64,000 bases of DNA from Candidatus Omnitrophota bacterium (GCA_028716065.1 JAQUQN010000001.1:13266-77265); one strand, 5' to 3'; shown: positions 37,866-47,867, counted from the first letter of the stretch. Program-made: numbers and translations. Notes: generated by a model not told the origin, from the letters alone.

Positions 37866-39296
37866 ATGAAATACGAACCTGTGATAGGACTGGAAGTTCA
37901 TCTGCAGCTCAAGACTAAGACGAAGGCCTTCTGCGGTTGTTCGACTCTTTTCGGGCAGAGGCCGAATTCTCAAAGTTGCCCCGTCTGCCTGGGCCTTCCG
38001 GGATCGCTTCCCAAACTGAACCATGAGGCCTTCGGCCATTCGATAAAAGTAGCCCTTGCCCTCCATTGCTCCGTACAGAAAGAGATAAAATTCGACAGAA
38101 AGAATTACTATTATCCGGACCTGCCGAAGAACTTTCAGATATCCCAATATGACAAGCCGGTAGCGCATGACGGTTTCGTGGATATATCATCATGCGGGAA
38201 GATCAAAAAAATACGGATAAAGAGGGTCCATCTCGAAGAGGATGCTGGAAAACTCATACACCAGACCGGAGGGCCTTACAGTCTCTTCGACTGCAACAGG
38301 GCTGGCATGCCGCTTCTGGAGATAGTGACGGAACCGGATATAAATTCTCCGGAAGAGGCCTATGATTATCTGACAGGTCTCAAGTCTATCCTGAAGTATC
38401 TTGAGGTATCGGACTGCGACATGGAAAAGGGGAGCCTGCGTTGCGACGCCAATATCTCGGTCAGGCCCGCGGGAAGCGATAAACTGGGTTCGAAGGTAGA
38501 ACTTAAGAACATGAACTCTTTCAAGGCCGTGAGATTGGCGCTGGAGCATGAGGTCTCCAGGCAGATGGAGGCCGTATCGGCCGGCGAAAAGTTACAACAG
38601 GAGACGCGCCTCTGGGACGCCGGCAAGGCCGTGACGTTATTGATGCGTACCAAGGAAGAGGCGCACGACTACAGGTATTTTCCGGAGCCGGACCTCGTTC
38701 CTTTTGTCCCCGACCCTTCTTACGTGGAAGATATAAGGAAGACTATTCCAGAGATGCCTGATGCGAAGGCAAAGCGTTTCAAGGAGCGGTTCAATCTTTC
38801 GGATTATGACATAGCCGTATTGGTGAGCGATAAGGCTGCGGCCGATTATTTCGAGAAGTGCCTGGAGTCATATGATAATCCGAAGACGGTAGCGAACTGG
38901 ATAATGGGCGATATCACGGCTCAATCGAATCTCAAAAATACCGGTATCCGGGAACTGGGGATCTCTCCCCAGGGCCTGGCGGAACTCCTGAAGATGATAG
39001 ACGGGCAGCTGATAAGCGGGAAGATGGCAAAGGAGGTCTTGCTGGAGGCGATCGAAAAGAGATGTGAGCCTGCCCAGATCGTAAGATCGAAAGGACTTGA
39101 GCAGTTAAGCGATAAAGGTGAATTAGAAAAAATAGTAAAGGTCATACTGGGCAGGAACGAAAAATCCGTGCAGGACTATAAAGGCGGCAAGAAAAACGCC
39201 CTGACGTTTATCATCGGACAGGTGATGCGCGAGACGAAGGGCAAGGCGAATCCCGCGGTAATAAACGAGATCTTAAAAAAGAGCCTGGGAGAATAA
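37866..39296 (+). CDS. gatB: Asp/Glu-tRNA amidotransferase subunit B
   Basis: MKYEPVIGLEVHLQL N-terminus, a GatB/YqeY C-terminal domain, 476 aa. Confidence 0.9.
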   Translation: MKYEPVIGLEVHLQLKTKTKAFCGCSTLFGQRPNSQSCPVCLGLPGSLPKLNHEAFGHSIKVALALHCSVQKEIKFDRKNYYYPDLPKNFQISQYDKPVAHDGFVDISSCGKIKKIRIKRVHLEEDAGKLIHQTGGPYSLFDCNRAGMPLLEIVTEPDINSPEEAYDYLTGLKSILKYLEVSDCDMEKGSLRCDANISVRPAGSDKLGSKVELKNMNSFKAVRLALEHEVSRQMEAVSAGEKLQQETRLWDAGKAVTLLMRTKEEAHDYRYFPEPDLVPFVPDPSYVEDIRKTIPEMPDAKAKRFKERFNLSDYDIAVLVSDKAAADYFEKCLESYDNPKTVANWIMGDITAQSNLKNTGIRELGISPQGLAELLKMIDGQLISGKMAKEVLLEAIEKRCEPAQIVRSKGLEQLSDKGELEKIVKVILGRNEKSVQDYKGGKKNALTFIIGQVMRETKGKANPAVINEILKKSLGE

Positions 39297-39299
39297 AAT

Positions 39300-40577
39300 A
39301 TGAGTAAAAGTCTAAGAACAGCGTCCCTTCTGACCGTGGCGGTCATATTGGGTTATTTTGCCATAACCGGAGGATGCAAGGACGTAAAGGACGATAAGCC
39401 GCCGGCGAAGGATGATATCTATTCACAGGTAGAGTTGTTCGCCAACGGCGTGGCCATAGTAAGGGGCGAGTACGTCGACGAGGTCGATTCGAAAAAACTG
39501 ATCTACGGGGCCATGAAAGGAATGCTTTCGGGCCTGGACGATTTCAGCGCCTTCATGGAGCCGGATGAGTATAAGGAGATAAAGGACGAGACGAAGGGCC
39601 AGTTCGGCGGCATAGGCGTGGAGATATCCACCAGGGACGGTATCCTGACGATAGTCGCGCCGATCGACGGCACACCGGCCGACGCAGCAGGCATAAAAGC
39701 GGGCGACAAGATAATAAAGATCGATGACAAGGTGACGAAGAAGATGACATTGAGCGACGCGGTCAAACTGATGCGCGGGGACGCGGGCACCACGGTGAAA
39801 CTTACCATCTGGCGCGAGAAGGACAAGAAGATACTGGATATACCGATAAAACGGGCCATCATAAAGATCAACAGTATCAAGAATGCCGAGTTCATCGAAG
39901 ACAAGATCGGTTATCTGAAACTTGTGGAATTTCAGGAGAATACCCCCCGCGACATGGAGGAGGCGCTGAAGAGACTGGAAAAAGAAGGCATGGACTCGCT
40001 GATACTGGATCTGAGGAATAATCCCGGAGGCCTGCTTGATGTCTCGGTCGATGTTTCCGAGAAATTTTTACCGAAGGAGACCGTCATAGTCTCAACCAAA
40101 TCGAGGACCCCCAGCCAGAACCTGCTCTTTAAATCTTCGGGAAAATACCAGCATCCGGATTATCCGATAGTCGTGCTTGTGAACGGGGGTTCCGCCAGCG
40201 CCTCGGAGATCGTGGCGGGGGCATTGCAGGATAATAAGCGGGCTGTCATAATCGGCACGAAGACCTTCGGAAAGGCATCGGTCCAGACGGTCATACCGCT
40301 CAGGGACGGTTCCGCCATCAGGCTGACGACAGCGTCCTATTTCACGCCCAGCGGTAAATTAATAAGAAACGAAGGCATCATGCCGGATGTGGTGGTGGAA
40401 AGAGAAGAAGCGCCCGCGAAGGATGTCGAGAAGGAAGATGTATTCGAGAAGCTGGAGGAGAAGGAGAAGGTTGGGAAACCTTCTGAGGCCGCTAAGATGG
40501 TAAAAGAAGATAATCAGCTGGAGAGAGCCCTGGATATCATAAAGGCCATAAAGGTTTATAGCCAAGAGAAGAAATGA
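39300..40577 (+). CDS. ctpA: Carboxyl-terminal processing protease (S41, PDZ)
   Basis: Signal/lipobox, a PDZ domain, and an S41 catalytic region (GGSASASEIVAGAL, KTFGKASVQ). Confidence 0.85.
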   Translation: MSKSLRTASLLTVAVILGYFAITGGCKDVKDDKPPAKDDIYSQVELFANGVAIVRGEYVDEVDSKKLIYGAMKGMLSGLDDFSAFMEPDEYKEIKDETKGQFGGIGVEISTRDGILTIVAPIDGTPADAAGIKAGDKIIKIDDKVTKKMTLSDAVKLMRGDAGTTVKLTIWREKDKKILDIPIKRAIIKINSIKNAEFIEDKIGYLKLVEFQENTPRDMEEALKRLEKEGMDSLILDLRNNPGGLLDVSVDVSEKFLPKETVIVSTKSRTPSQNLLFKSSGKYQHPDYPIVVLVNGGSASASEIVAGALQDNKRAVIIGTKTFGKASVQTVIPLRDGSAIRLTTASYFTPSGKLIRNEGIMPDVVVEREEAPAKDVEKEDVFEKLEEKEKVGKPSEAAKMVKEDNQLERALDIIKAIKVYSQEKK

Positions 40578-41443
40578 TCATGAGGCCGAAAACCCTTATA
40601 GTAATAATTTTGTCGCTTCTGATTCTGGCGATGAGTTTGTTCTATCTGAGTAATTTACGAAGACGCGTGAGCGAACTGGAGAGAAGGTATGTCAGCCTTG
40701 AGGAGGAGAAGAAGCCCTCGCCCAGGAAGAAGGTTCCGGTTTTACCCGTAGCGGCGGCGCCTGTGATAACGAAACGTTACAGCAGTCCTAAAGTAGCTAT
40801 TGTCATGGACGATTTCGGATACAACATGAATAATTTAGACACATTTTTCGATATAAAAGAACCGGTGACATTATCGATCCTGCCCAACCAACCATATTCA
40901 CAGAGAATAGCCGAACTGGCAGCGGCCAGGGGTTATGAGGTGATACTTCACCTTCCCATGGAGCCGCATAAGAAAGACGGGACCGAAGAGCGAGGCACGA
41001 TAAATTCCGCCATGAGCGAAGAAGGGGTGAGGGCCATTCTGGTTGCGGACATGAAGAGCGTGCCGGGCCTGAAAGGCGTATCTAATCACATGGGTTCGAA
41101 AGCCACGGAAGAGATGGGCCTCATGTCGGTCATAATGAAAGAATTGAAGCCCAGGGATCTTTATTTTTTTGACAGCCTCACTTCCACGAGGTCCGTATGC
41201 CGTCAGGCCGCCGCCGCCGCAGGCGTCAAGTATGCCAGGAGGGACATATTTCTGGATAATGATAATAATATTAACGCTATAAAGAGAGAGATGATGAAGT
41301 TAAGAAAGTTAGCTTTTAAAAATGGCGCCGTCATAGCCATCTGTCATGACAGGCCCAACACCATAAAGGCGCTTGCCGAAACGATGCCGCAGTTCGCGTC
41401 CGAAGGCATAACATTCGTCCGCCTTTCGGAGATGGAGAAGTGA
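40574..41443 (+). CDS. Divergent polysaccharide deacetylase family protein (YibQ-like)
   Basis: One TM helix, then VAIVMDDFGYN...LPNQPYS...LHLPMEP motifs. Confidence 0.7.
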   Translation: MIMRPKTLIVIILSLLILAMSLFYLSNLRRRVSELERRYVSLEEEKKPSPRKKVPVLPVAAAPVITKRYSSPKVAIVMDDFGYNMNNLDTFFDIKEPVTLSILPNQPYSQRIAELAAARGYEVILHLPMEPHKKDGTEERGTINSAMSEEGVRAILVADMKSVPGLKGVSNHMGSKATEEMGLMSVIMKELKPRDLYFFDSLTSTRSVCRQAAAAAGVKYARRDIFLDNDNNINAIKREMMKLRKLAFKNGAVIAICHDRPNTIKALAETMPQFASEGITFVRLSEMEK

Positions 41444-42486
41444 AGAAGGCGCTCACCCTGGGCATAGAGACTTCATGCGACGAGACGAGCGTATCGCTGG
41501 TGAATGAGGGGCGCGTGTTGTCGAACGTCGTCTCTTCAAGCGTCCATCTGCACAAGAAATACGGCGGCGTGGTGCCGGAGATAGCTTCGAGGTTTCACGT
41601 GGAGTATATACTTGAGGTCCTTTCCAGGGCGCTTGAGGGCGCCGGTAAGGGCCTCGGCGATATAGGCCTCGTTGCCGTGACGAACGGGCCGGGGCTAGTG
41701 GGAGCATTATTGACGGGCATATCGCTGGCGAAATCGCTCAGTTACAGCCTGGATCTGCCGCTCATCGGCGTCAACCATGTATTCGCGCATCTTTACAGCG
41801 CGTTCCTGAATGATGAGAAACCGCGTTTTCCGTTCGTGGGCCTGGCGATATCAGGCGGACACACGGCGCTATTATATTGCGAGGACGTGGATAGGTATAA
41901 ATTGCTGGGGCAGACCCAGGATGACGCTGTCGGAGAGGCCTACGATAAAGTCGCCAAGATACTGGGCCTGGGATATCCTGGAGGGCCCGTGATAGAGAAG
42001 ATGGCGGCGCGTTCGAAAAACCGTAACAACCGGCTTTTCCCTAAAAGTTTCATGGGCGAAAATTCGTTAGATTTTAGTTTCAGTGGAGTCAAAACTGCGG
42101 TATTATATTATGTCAGGGGCAAGGGGCAAGGGTCCAGGGTCCAGGGTAGAGTAAAAAGGAAGATGGCGAAGGATGAGATAAGCGATGTATGCTATTCGTT
42201 TCAGGAAGCCGTGCTGGACATGGTGGTAGAGAAGGCATTTCAAGCGGCTGAGATGAAGGGCGTTAAGGATATAGTGCTCGGCGGAGGCGTGACCGCCAAC
42301 TCAAGGCTGAGGGAGAAGTTTTATGACATGGCAAGATTTTATCACAATAGAAGTGTCCATTTTCCAGATTTTCAGTATTGTCTCGACAACGCGGCAATGG
42401 TAGCCGCTTTGGGCCGGAGGCTTTACGCCAAAGGATATAGATCGGATCTTTTTCTTTCCGCCAAACCTAATCTGGAGGTAAGTTGA
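41440..42486 (+). CDS. tsaD: tRNA N6-adenosine threonylcarbamoyltransferase
   Basis: LGIETSCDETSVSLV N-terminus and a Kae1/YgjD core. Carries a GQGSRVQGRVKRK insert. Confidence 0.9.
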   Translation: MKKALTLGIETSCDETSVSLVNEGRVLSNVVSSSVHLHKKYGGVVPEIASRFHVEYILEVLSRALEGAGKGLGDIGLVAVTNGPGLVGALLTGISLAKSLSYSLDLPLIGVNHVFAHLYSAFLNDEKPRFPFVGLAISGGHTALLYCEDVDRYKLLGQTQDDAVGEAYDKVAKILGLGYPGGPVIEKMAARSKNRNNRLFPKSFMGENSLDFSFSGVKTAVLYYVRGKGQGSRVQGRVKRKMAKDEISDVCYSFQEAVLDMVVEKAFQAAEMKGVKDIVLGGGVTANSRLREKFYDMARFYHNRSVHFPDFQYCLDNAAMVAALGRRLYAKGYRSDLFLSAKPNLEVS

Positions 42487-43160
42487 TGCTTAGCGACTGG
42501 GTCGTCATGTTCAGGCTGCTCCTGGCGGCGGTCTTGAGCGGAGTCGTGGGGTACGAAAGGGAATTTCACGGCAGGGCCGCGGGATTCAGGACCCATATCC
42601 TATTATGTGTGGGTTCAACGCTGGTGATGCTCACTTCCATACATGTATTCGAGGCCTTTTATGATAAAGTGCCATGTGACCCGTCCAGGATAGCGGCCGG
42701 AGTGGTGACGGGCATAGGGTTTCTGGGCGCCGGCACCATCATGCGTTTCAGGGCGTCCGTCCGGGGATTGACTACCGCCGCTAGCCTGTGGGTGGTGGCC
42801 GGCATAGGCCTTGCCATCGGTTCAGGCATGTATTTCGGTGCCATCATGGCAACATTATTGACGGTCGTGGCACTCATGATGTTTTCTAAAATAGAACATT
42901 CCATGATCCGGAAAGACTGGTACAAGACGATGGTGATCGAGATGAGGGAGGGCATGGACCGTTTAAAATATATCAGGGAGGTGCTTGCGGAACACGGGGC
43001 CGAGATAACGGATTTTGAGGTGGAGCGCTCCAGGGACGGGGCCAACATCATATTCAAGGTCGGCCTTAGGCTCCACGTAGTGAAAGACGATGAAGGAATC
43101 CTGAATGATATCGGCCGCCTGGACGGTATCAATTACGTGAAATGGGGAAAAGATTTATGA
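42483..43160 (+). CDS. mgtC: MgtC/SapB family membrane protein
   Basis: LLLAAVLSGVVGYERE...GFRTHILLCVGSTL motif and a soluble C-terminal domain. Confidence 0.8.
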   Translation: MMLSDWVVMFRLLLAAVLSGVVGYEREFHGRAAGFRTHILLCVGSTLVMLTSIHVFEAFYDKVPCDPSRIAAGVVTGIGFLGAGTIMRFRASVRGLTTAASLWVVAGIGLAIGSGMYFGAIMATLLTVVALMMFSKIEHSMIRKDWYKTMVIEMREGMDRLKYIREVLAEHGAEITDFEVERSRDGANIIFKVGLRLHVVKDDEGILNDIGRLDGINYVKWGKDL

Positions 43161-43164
43161 CTGG

Positions 43165-43728
43165 GTGCATAAAAAATGGAGGTGGCATATGCTGAACCGG
43201 AAGGATAAGAAGCAGACGGCGGAGAGAGTCCTCGATGTAGATGCCTCTATGCAGGGCAGCCTGGTATTCAAGGACCCGGTTAATTTAAAGATAAACGGCA
43301 GATTTGACGGCACTCTAAGCACGAAAGGCAACCTCATGATAGGCGAGCACGCAGTCGTGAACGCCGACATCATGGGAGATTCCATAGTCGTGGCCGGCAG
43401 GATCAACGGGAATATCAAGGCCACGAAAGAACTGAAACTGATATCGCCGGCATGCGTTATAGGTGATATAAAGACTCCGCTCTTGAGCGTCGCCGAAGGC
43501 GCGGTGCTGGAAGGTAATTCCAGCATGATCTCCCGCTCGAAACAGGAAACCGCTCCCATCACGAGCATGATGACGGCGGAGGAACTGGCCAAATACCTGG
43601 AAGTGGAGATGTCGATGGTATTCGAATGGGCTAATAACGGCAAGATACCGGGCGTCAGGGACGGGAACAACTGGAGATTCGAGCGGACGAAGATAGACGA
43701 GTGGGTGGCGACGGAGAAGATAAAATAA
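43165..43728 (+). CDS. Bactofilin-domain protein fused to a C-terminal HTH_17 (excisionase-type) DNA-binding domain
   Basis: Central bactofilin beta-helix repeats (VNLKINGRFDGTL...MIGEHAVVNADIMGDSIVVAGRINGNIKAT...VIGDIKTP...EGAVLEGN) and C-terminal MTAEELAKYLEVEMSMVFEWANNGKIPGVR..WRFERTKIDEWV. The start could be 43165 or 43189. Confidence 0.65.
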   Translation: MHKKWRWHMLNRKDKKQTAERVLDVDASMQGSLVFKDPVNLKINGRFDGTLSTKGNLMIGEHAVVNADIMGDSIVVAGRINGNIKATKELKLISPACVIGDIKTPLLSVAEGAVLEGNSSMISRSKQETAPITSMMTAEELAKYLEVEMSMVFEWANNGKIPGVRDGNNWRFERTKIDEWVATEKIK

Positions 43729-43861
43729 GCGTAAAGTGTAAAGCGAAAAGCGCAAAATTTCCCGCTGTGGCGGGATCCCGCAAAAGGCGGGAAAAACTTA
43801 GAGTTTAAAGCGTTTTAAGTTTTACGTTTTAATTTTACGTTTTGCGCTTTGCGTTTTACAC
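43728..43861. promoter_or_regulatory. About 22-bp imperfect inverted repeats (GTGTAAAGCGAAAAGCGCAAAA / TTTTGCGCTTTGCGTTTTACAC) flanking a set of mutually exclusive CCCGC/GCGGG hairpins
   Basis: 43758-43796 reads tttCCCGCtgtgGCGGGatCCCGCaaaagGCGGGaaaa. It lies between two HTH_17 genes, making it a candidate operator or centromere-like site. Confidence 0.4.
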
Positions 43862-43887
43862 TAAAGGTAGTTATAGGGGTATTAATT

Positions 43888-44289
43888 ATGCCTGAGAAAC
43901 TGTTCAATATAAAAGAGGTCGCTCAATATCTGAAACTTCCGGAAGAAGAGGTGAAGCGCCTTGTCGATATCGGAGAGATACCGGCGTACAGGATAGGCGG
44001 GACGTTCCTGCGTTTCAGGAAAGAACAACTTGACGCGATAAAGAGAGAGATCTCTACCATAGAGGAGGCGGAACCCGAACACGCCAAACCCGTCCTCGAT
44101 TCGAAGGGGCATCCGACCCATCCTTATACCGACCTGGAAAGAGAGATAAAGCGTAAAGAGCCCATCACGAGGCAATACGATTATACTTTGTTGGAGAGGT
44201 TGCGGGATTTTTTCTATTTTTATGATTTTTATCTCGTCTGTTTTCTTATAATTGGCGCGTTATTTTACGTGATTTTTTTCAAGAGTTGA
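43888..44289 (+). CDS. HTH_17 (excisionase-family) DNA-binding protein with a C-terminal TM anchor
   Basis: LFNIKEVAQYLKLPEEEVKRLVDIGEIPAYRIGGTFLRFRKEQL, then a hydrophobic C-terminal helix (FFYFYDFYLVCFLIIGALFYVIFF). Confidence 0.6.
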   Translation: MPEKLFNIKEVAQYLKLPEEEVKRLVDIGEIPAYRIGGTFLRFRKEQLDAIKREISTIEEAEPEHAKPVLDSKGHPTHPYTDLEREIKRKEPITRQYDYTLLERLRDFFYFYDFYLVCFLIIGALFYVIFFKS

Positions 44290-44293
44290 ACGA

Positions 44294-45034
44294 ATGTCAG
44301 AAAACATAGAGAGATTACTTAAAGGGGTCAGGGCGGGGCGCCTCTCCACGGACAGGGCGCTCGGCGTATTGAAGGACCTTCCCTATAAAGACCTGGGCTT
44401 CGCGCGGATAGATAACCACAGGGCCTTGCGCCGCGGTTTTCCGGAGGTCATCTTCGGAAAGGGCAAAACTCCCGACCAGATAATAAAGATAGCCAGAAGG
44501 ATCATCTCTAGCGACGGCATACTCCTCATAACCCGCACCGATACAAAGGTCTATTCGCGGCTCAAGAAGATATATCCGAAAATAAAGTTCGACAAGAAAT
44601 CCGGCATCATATACTACAGGACCACGCCGCCTCCGATCAAGACCGGCAAGGTCCTTATCATTACCGCCGGTACCGCGGATCTGCCGGTGGCTGAAGAGGC
44701 GAGGGCCACGCTCGAGATAATGGGCGATCCGGTGGAGATATTGTGTGATGTTGGCGTCGCGGGCCTGCACAGGTTACTGGACAAGATGAAGGCGCTTGGT
44801 GAGGCGGATGTCATAATAGTCATAGCTGGCATGGAAGGGGCCCTGGCGAGCGTCGTCAGCGGCCTGGTGTCCAAGCCCGTCATAGCCGTTCCCACGAGCG
44901 TCGGTTATGGTGCGAGTTTCGGCGGGGTGGCGGCACTCCTTACCATGATGAATTCCTGTTCGCCGGGCGTCTCGGTAGTGAATATCGACAACGGTTTCGG
45001 CGCGGCATATTTCGCGAGCATGATCAATAAATAA
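44294..45034 (+). CDS. larB: LarB (nickel-pincer cofactor biosynthesis carboxylase/hydrolase, PurE-like)
   Basis: PurE-like GKVLIITAGTADLPVAEEA...VIIVIAGMEGALASVV. It directly precedes larC. Confidence 0.7.
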   Translation: MSENIERLLKGVRAGRLSTDRALGVLKDLPYKDLGFARIDNHRALRRGFPEVIFGKGKTPDQIIKIARRIISSDGILLITRTDTKVYSRLKKIYPKIKFDKKSGIIYYRTTPPPIKTGKVLIITAGTADLPVAEEARATLEIMGDPVEILCDVGVAGLHRLLDKMKALGEADVIIVIAGMEGALASVVSGLVSKPVIAVPTSVGYGASFGGVAALLTMMNSCSPGVSVVNIDNGFGAAYFASMINK

Positions 45035-45047
45035 GGTTACCTTTTGT

Positions 45048-46217
45048 ATGCGAATAGCGTATTTCGATTGTATGAGCGGCATAAGCGGGGACATGACCAT
45101 CGCGGCGTTTCTTGATGCCGGATTGAGCATGAAGACGCTTAAGGCGCAACTTGCCAGGCTGAATCTCAAAGGTTATGAAATTAAAGAGAGCAGGACGAAC
45201 AGGGGCTCTATCGATGCGGTAAAATTCGATGTCATCTGTAAAAATGAAAAACACAGCCATAGAAAACTGAAAGATATTTTGAGGCTTATAGATAAAAGCG
45301 CGCTTGATGCGGAGATAAAAAAGACGGCAAAGGATATCTTCAATAATATCGGTAATGCGGAGGCGAAGGTCCACGGCCTATCCAAAAATCAGGAGATAGA
45401 TTTTGACGAGATCGGACAGGTAGATTCCATAATAGATATAGTGGCTGTGGCGATAGCGGTCCATGAGCTGAAGATAGGCGAAGTATATTCCTCGAACATC
45501 ACGTTCGGAAGGTCCTTTACGAAAACGGCCCATGGCAGTCTGCCGATACCCGCCCCGGCGGCCCTGGAACTTCTGAAAGGCGTGCCGGCCAGGATATGCG
45601 AAATCGAGGCCGAACTCGTGACACCCACGGGCGCAGGGATACTCAAGACGCTTGCCAGGGGTTTCGGCGACATGCCGGAACTGAAGATATCGCAGATCGG
45701 TTACGGCGCCGGGACTAGAGTTTTGAAGAACATGCCGAACCTGCTTCGCGTGGTGATAGGTGAAAGGGTTCCTGCCTACATGAAGGACAGGGTAACCGTT
45801 CTGGAAACTAACATAGATGACATGAATCCGCAGAATTTTGAATATCTCTTCGAGAGGCTCTTCAAGGAAGGGGCGCTCGACGTATTCCTGGCCAACATAA
45901 TAATGAAAAAATCCAGGCCAGCGTTTAAGTTGACCGTCCTGGCCGAGCCGGTGTTGGCAGAAAAGATGAAATCGGTGATATTCAGCGAGACCTCGACCAT
46001 CGGGATAAGATATTACGAAGTGAACCGCTCAAAGCTCGAGCGTGAAACCCGTAAGGTCCATACGGGATACGGAGACGTGACCGTTAAATTTTCCTCCGGC
46101 CCCGGCAATTTACGCAATGTCGCTCCTGAGTATGAGGATTGTGTCAGGCTCGCGAAAGCGAAAAAAATACCATTAAAGGTGGTCTATGAAGAAGCTAAGA
46201 AGGCTATTAAAGTTTAG
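45048..46217 (+). CDS. larC: LarC nickel insertase (DUF111)
   Basis: MRIAYFDCMSGISGDMTIAAFLDAGL N-terminal signature, 389 aa. Confidence 0.8.
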   Translation: MRIAYFDCMSGISGDMTIAAFLDAGLSMKTLKAQLARLNLKGYEIKESRTNRGSIDAVKFDVICKNEKHSHRKLKDILRLIDKSALDAEIKKTAKDIFNNIGNAEAKVHGLSKNQEIDFDEIGQVDSIIDIVAVAIAVHELKIGEVYSSNITFGRSFTKTAHGSLPIPAPAALELLKGVPARICEIEAELVTPTGAGILKTLARGFGDMPELKISQIGYGAGTRVLKNMPNLLRVVIGERVPAYMKDRVTVLETNIDDMNPQNFEYLFERLFKEGALDVFLANIIMKKSRPAFKLTVLAEPVLAEKMKSVIFSETSTIGIRYYEVNRSKLERETRKVHTGYGDVTVKFSSGPGNLRNVAPEYEDCVRLAKAKKIPLKVVYEEAKKAIKV

Positions 46218-47169
46218 CGTATTACTGGTTACGAGTTACTGGTTACTGGTTACGATAGTTAACGCCGACACGATATACACCAATGATGGAAAAGAGATAA
46301 AAGGCATCGTCGTGGAAGATTACAAGGACAGACTGGTATTCTCGACGCCCGACGGCGAGATCATGCTGATGAAATCCGATATCCGGGAACTCTATATCGA
46401 CAGCGAAGAGGATAACCTGATAAAGCTCGCGGAACAGGCATTCGAAAGAAAGGACTACGCCAGAAGTTATAGTTATTACGATAAGGCCCACAAATTGAAT
46501 CCGGATTCCAGCCGCGCCAAGGATGGACTGGTTTATGTCAGGTCTTACCTCTATCGGCAGGGTGAGGCGGCCAAGATGGAGGCGATAAGAAGGCAGGCGG
46601 AATTTGAAAAGAGCGGGAAGGCCGTTATCAGGACCGAATATGCCGAAGAGGAAGAGACGCGGATTAAAGAGGAGAAACTCAAGAACTCATTGGGATTTAC
46701 CTTGACCCTCAAGGACGGTTTTCCCGAGGTCGATAATATAGGTAAGGACTCTCCCGCATCCCAGGCAGGTATATCGAAAGGCGACCTCATAGTCTCTATA
46801 TGGGGAAGATTGACCGGTTACATGTCGCTGATCGAAGTGATAGACAGGCTGCTGGAGCGCTCGTCGTTCGAGATAAAGTGCCTAATAGAGAGGACCGTCA
46901 GGGTCGATATAAGCGATAATAGAAATATTCTGTCCGGGCCCAAGGAGCTTATCGGCGCCGAACTCAAGATGGAATTTGACGGCCTGACCATTACCGAGGT
47001 GACAAGAGGCGATACGGATCTAAGAAAGGACGACCTCATCACGGCCATAGACGGCAAATCGACACGCTACATGCCGATAAAGCAGGCGATCGAAATGATA
47101 AAGAATTCAAAGGGCAAGGATATTAAACTGACCATAAGAAGAGAAGTCGTAATATGGAGAAAGGGTTAA
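46186..47169 (+). CDS. Secreted protein with two PDZ domains
   Basis: Signal peptide, then two PDZ-like segments (GFTLTLKDG...ISKGDLIVSIWG; GAELKMEFDGLTITEV...DDLITAIDGKS). Confidence 0.5.
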   Translation: MKKLRRLLKFSVLLVTSYWLLVTIVNADTIYTNDGKEIKGIVVEDYKDRLVFSTPDGEIMLMKSDIRELYIDSEEDNLIKLAEQAFERKDYARSYSYYDKAHKLNPDSSRAKDGLVYVRSYLYRQGEAAKMEAIRRQAEFEKSGKAVIRTEYAEEEETRIKEEKLKNSLGFTLTLKDGFPEVDNIGKDSPASQAGISKGDLIVSIWGRLTGYMSLIEVIDRLLERSSFEIKCLIERTVRVDISDNRNILSGPKELIGAELKMEFDGLTITEVTRGDTDLRKDDLITAIDGKSTRYMPIKQAIEMIKNSKGKDIKLTIRREVVIWRKG

Positions 47170-47172
47170 AAC

Positions 47173-47775
47173 ATGGAAAAAAGAGAAGTCCCTTATATTA
47201 AAAGAAAGAAGTACCTGGTAGCCAAGCAGTTCCAGTTAAAGTACGCCGGCCTCTTTTTGCTCTTCATGTTCCTGACAGGCGCATTATGTTCTTACACGAT
47301 CTATTATACGGTCATGGTGCTGATGGGCGAAAAATTGGCGAGTGTATATCCGCAGGGGCGGCTCGTGGCCATCATAAACACGGTAAATCTGCGTATCCTC
47401 TTGAGCCTCATAGTGGTAGCGCCTTTCGTGGCAATGTTCTCCATATTTTTATCGCATAAGATAGCCGGCCCAATGTACAGGATGGAAAAGTTCCTGACAG
47501 GCATGGCTGAAGGCGATTTCAGTTCGCGCATAACCTTGAGAAAAGGTGACGAACTCATGTCTCTCGCGAATAAGATAAACGGTGTCATCGACAGCCTCAG
47601 GTCCAACATAATAAAACAGAAGGATAGCATCAGGAGCATAGCCTCTGAACTGGACGCGATAAAGAAGGCCATGACCGGCACCAAGCATGACAGGGAAGTC
47701 ATAGTCCAGGATATAGAGAAATTGGCCGGTAATATTGATAACCTTTCCGGCGAGTTAAATAAGTATAAAATATAA
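47173..47775 (+). CDS. Membrane protein with a stand-alone HAMP-like domain
   Basis: Two TM helices, then the HAMP-like AGPMYRMEKFLTGMAEGDFSSRITLRKGDELMSLANKINGVIDSL. Confidence 0.5.
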   Translation: MEKREVPYIKRKKYLVAKQFQLKYAGLFLLFMFLTGALCSYTIYYTVMVLMGEKLASVYPQGRLVAIINTVNLRILLSLIVVAPFVAMFSIFLSHKIAGPMYRMEKFLTGMAEGDFSSRITLRKGDELMSLANKINGVIDSLRSNIIKQKDSIRSIASELDAIKKAMTGTKHDREVIVQDIEKLAGNIDNLSGELNKYKI

Positions 47776-47839
47776 TATCAGTAACTCCTTCAGCATCAAC
47801 GAATTACGGATTTTCCACTCAAAATCCAGTTCCTAACTA

Positions 47840-47867
47840 TTGACAATCAAAAAATCTCGGGTATACT
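47840..47867 (+). promoter_or_regulatory. Sigma70-type promoter TTGACA-N16-TATACT upstream of the HTH_17 gene and lipid operon
   Basis: TTGACA 47840-45 and TATACT 47862-67. The flanks resemble the pilA promoter (TTGACAAT...GGTATACTTT). Confidence 0.45.
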
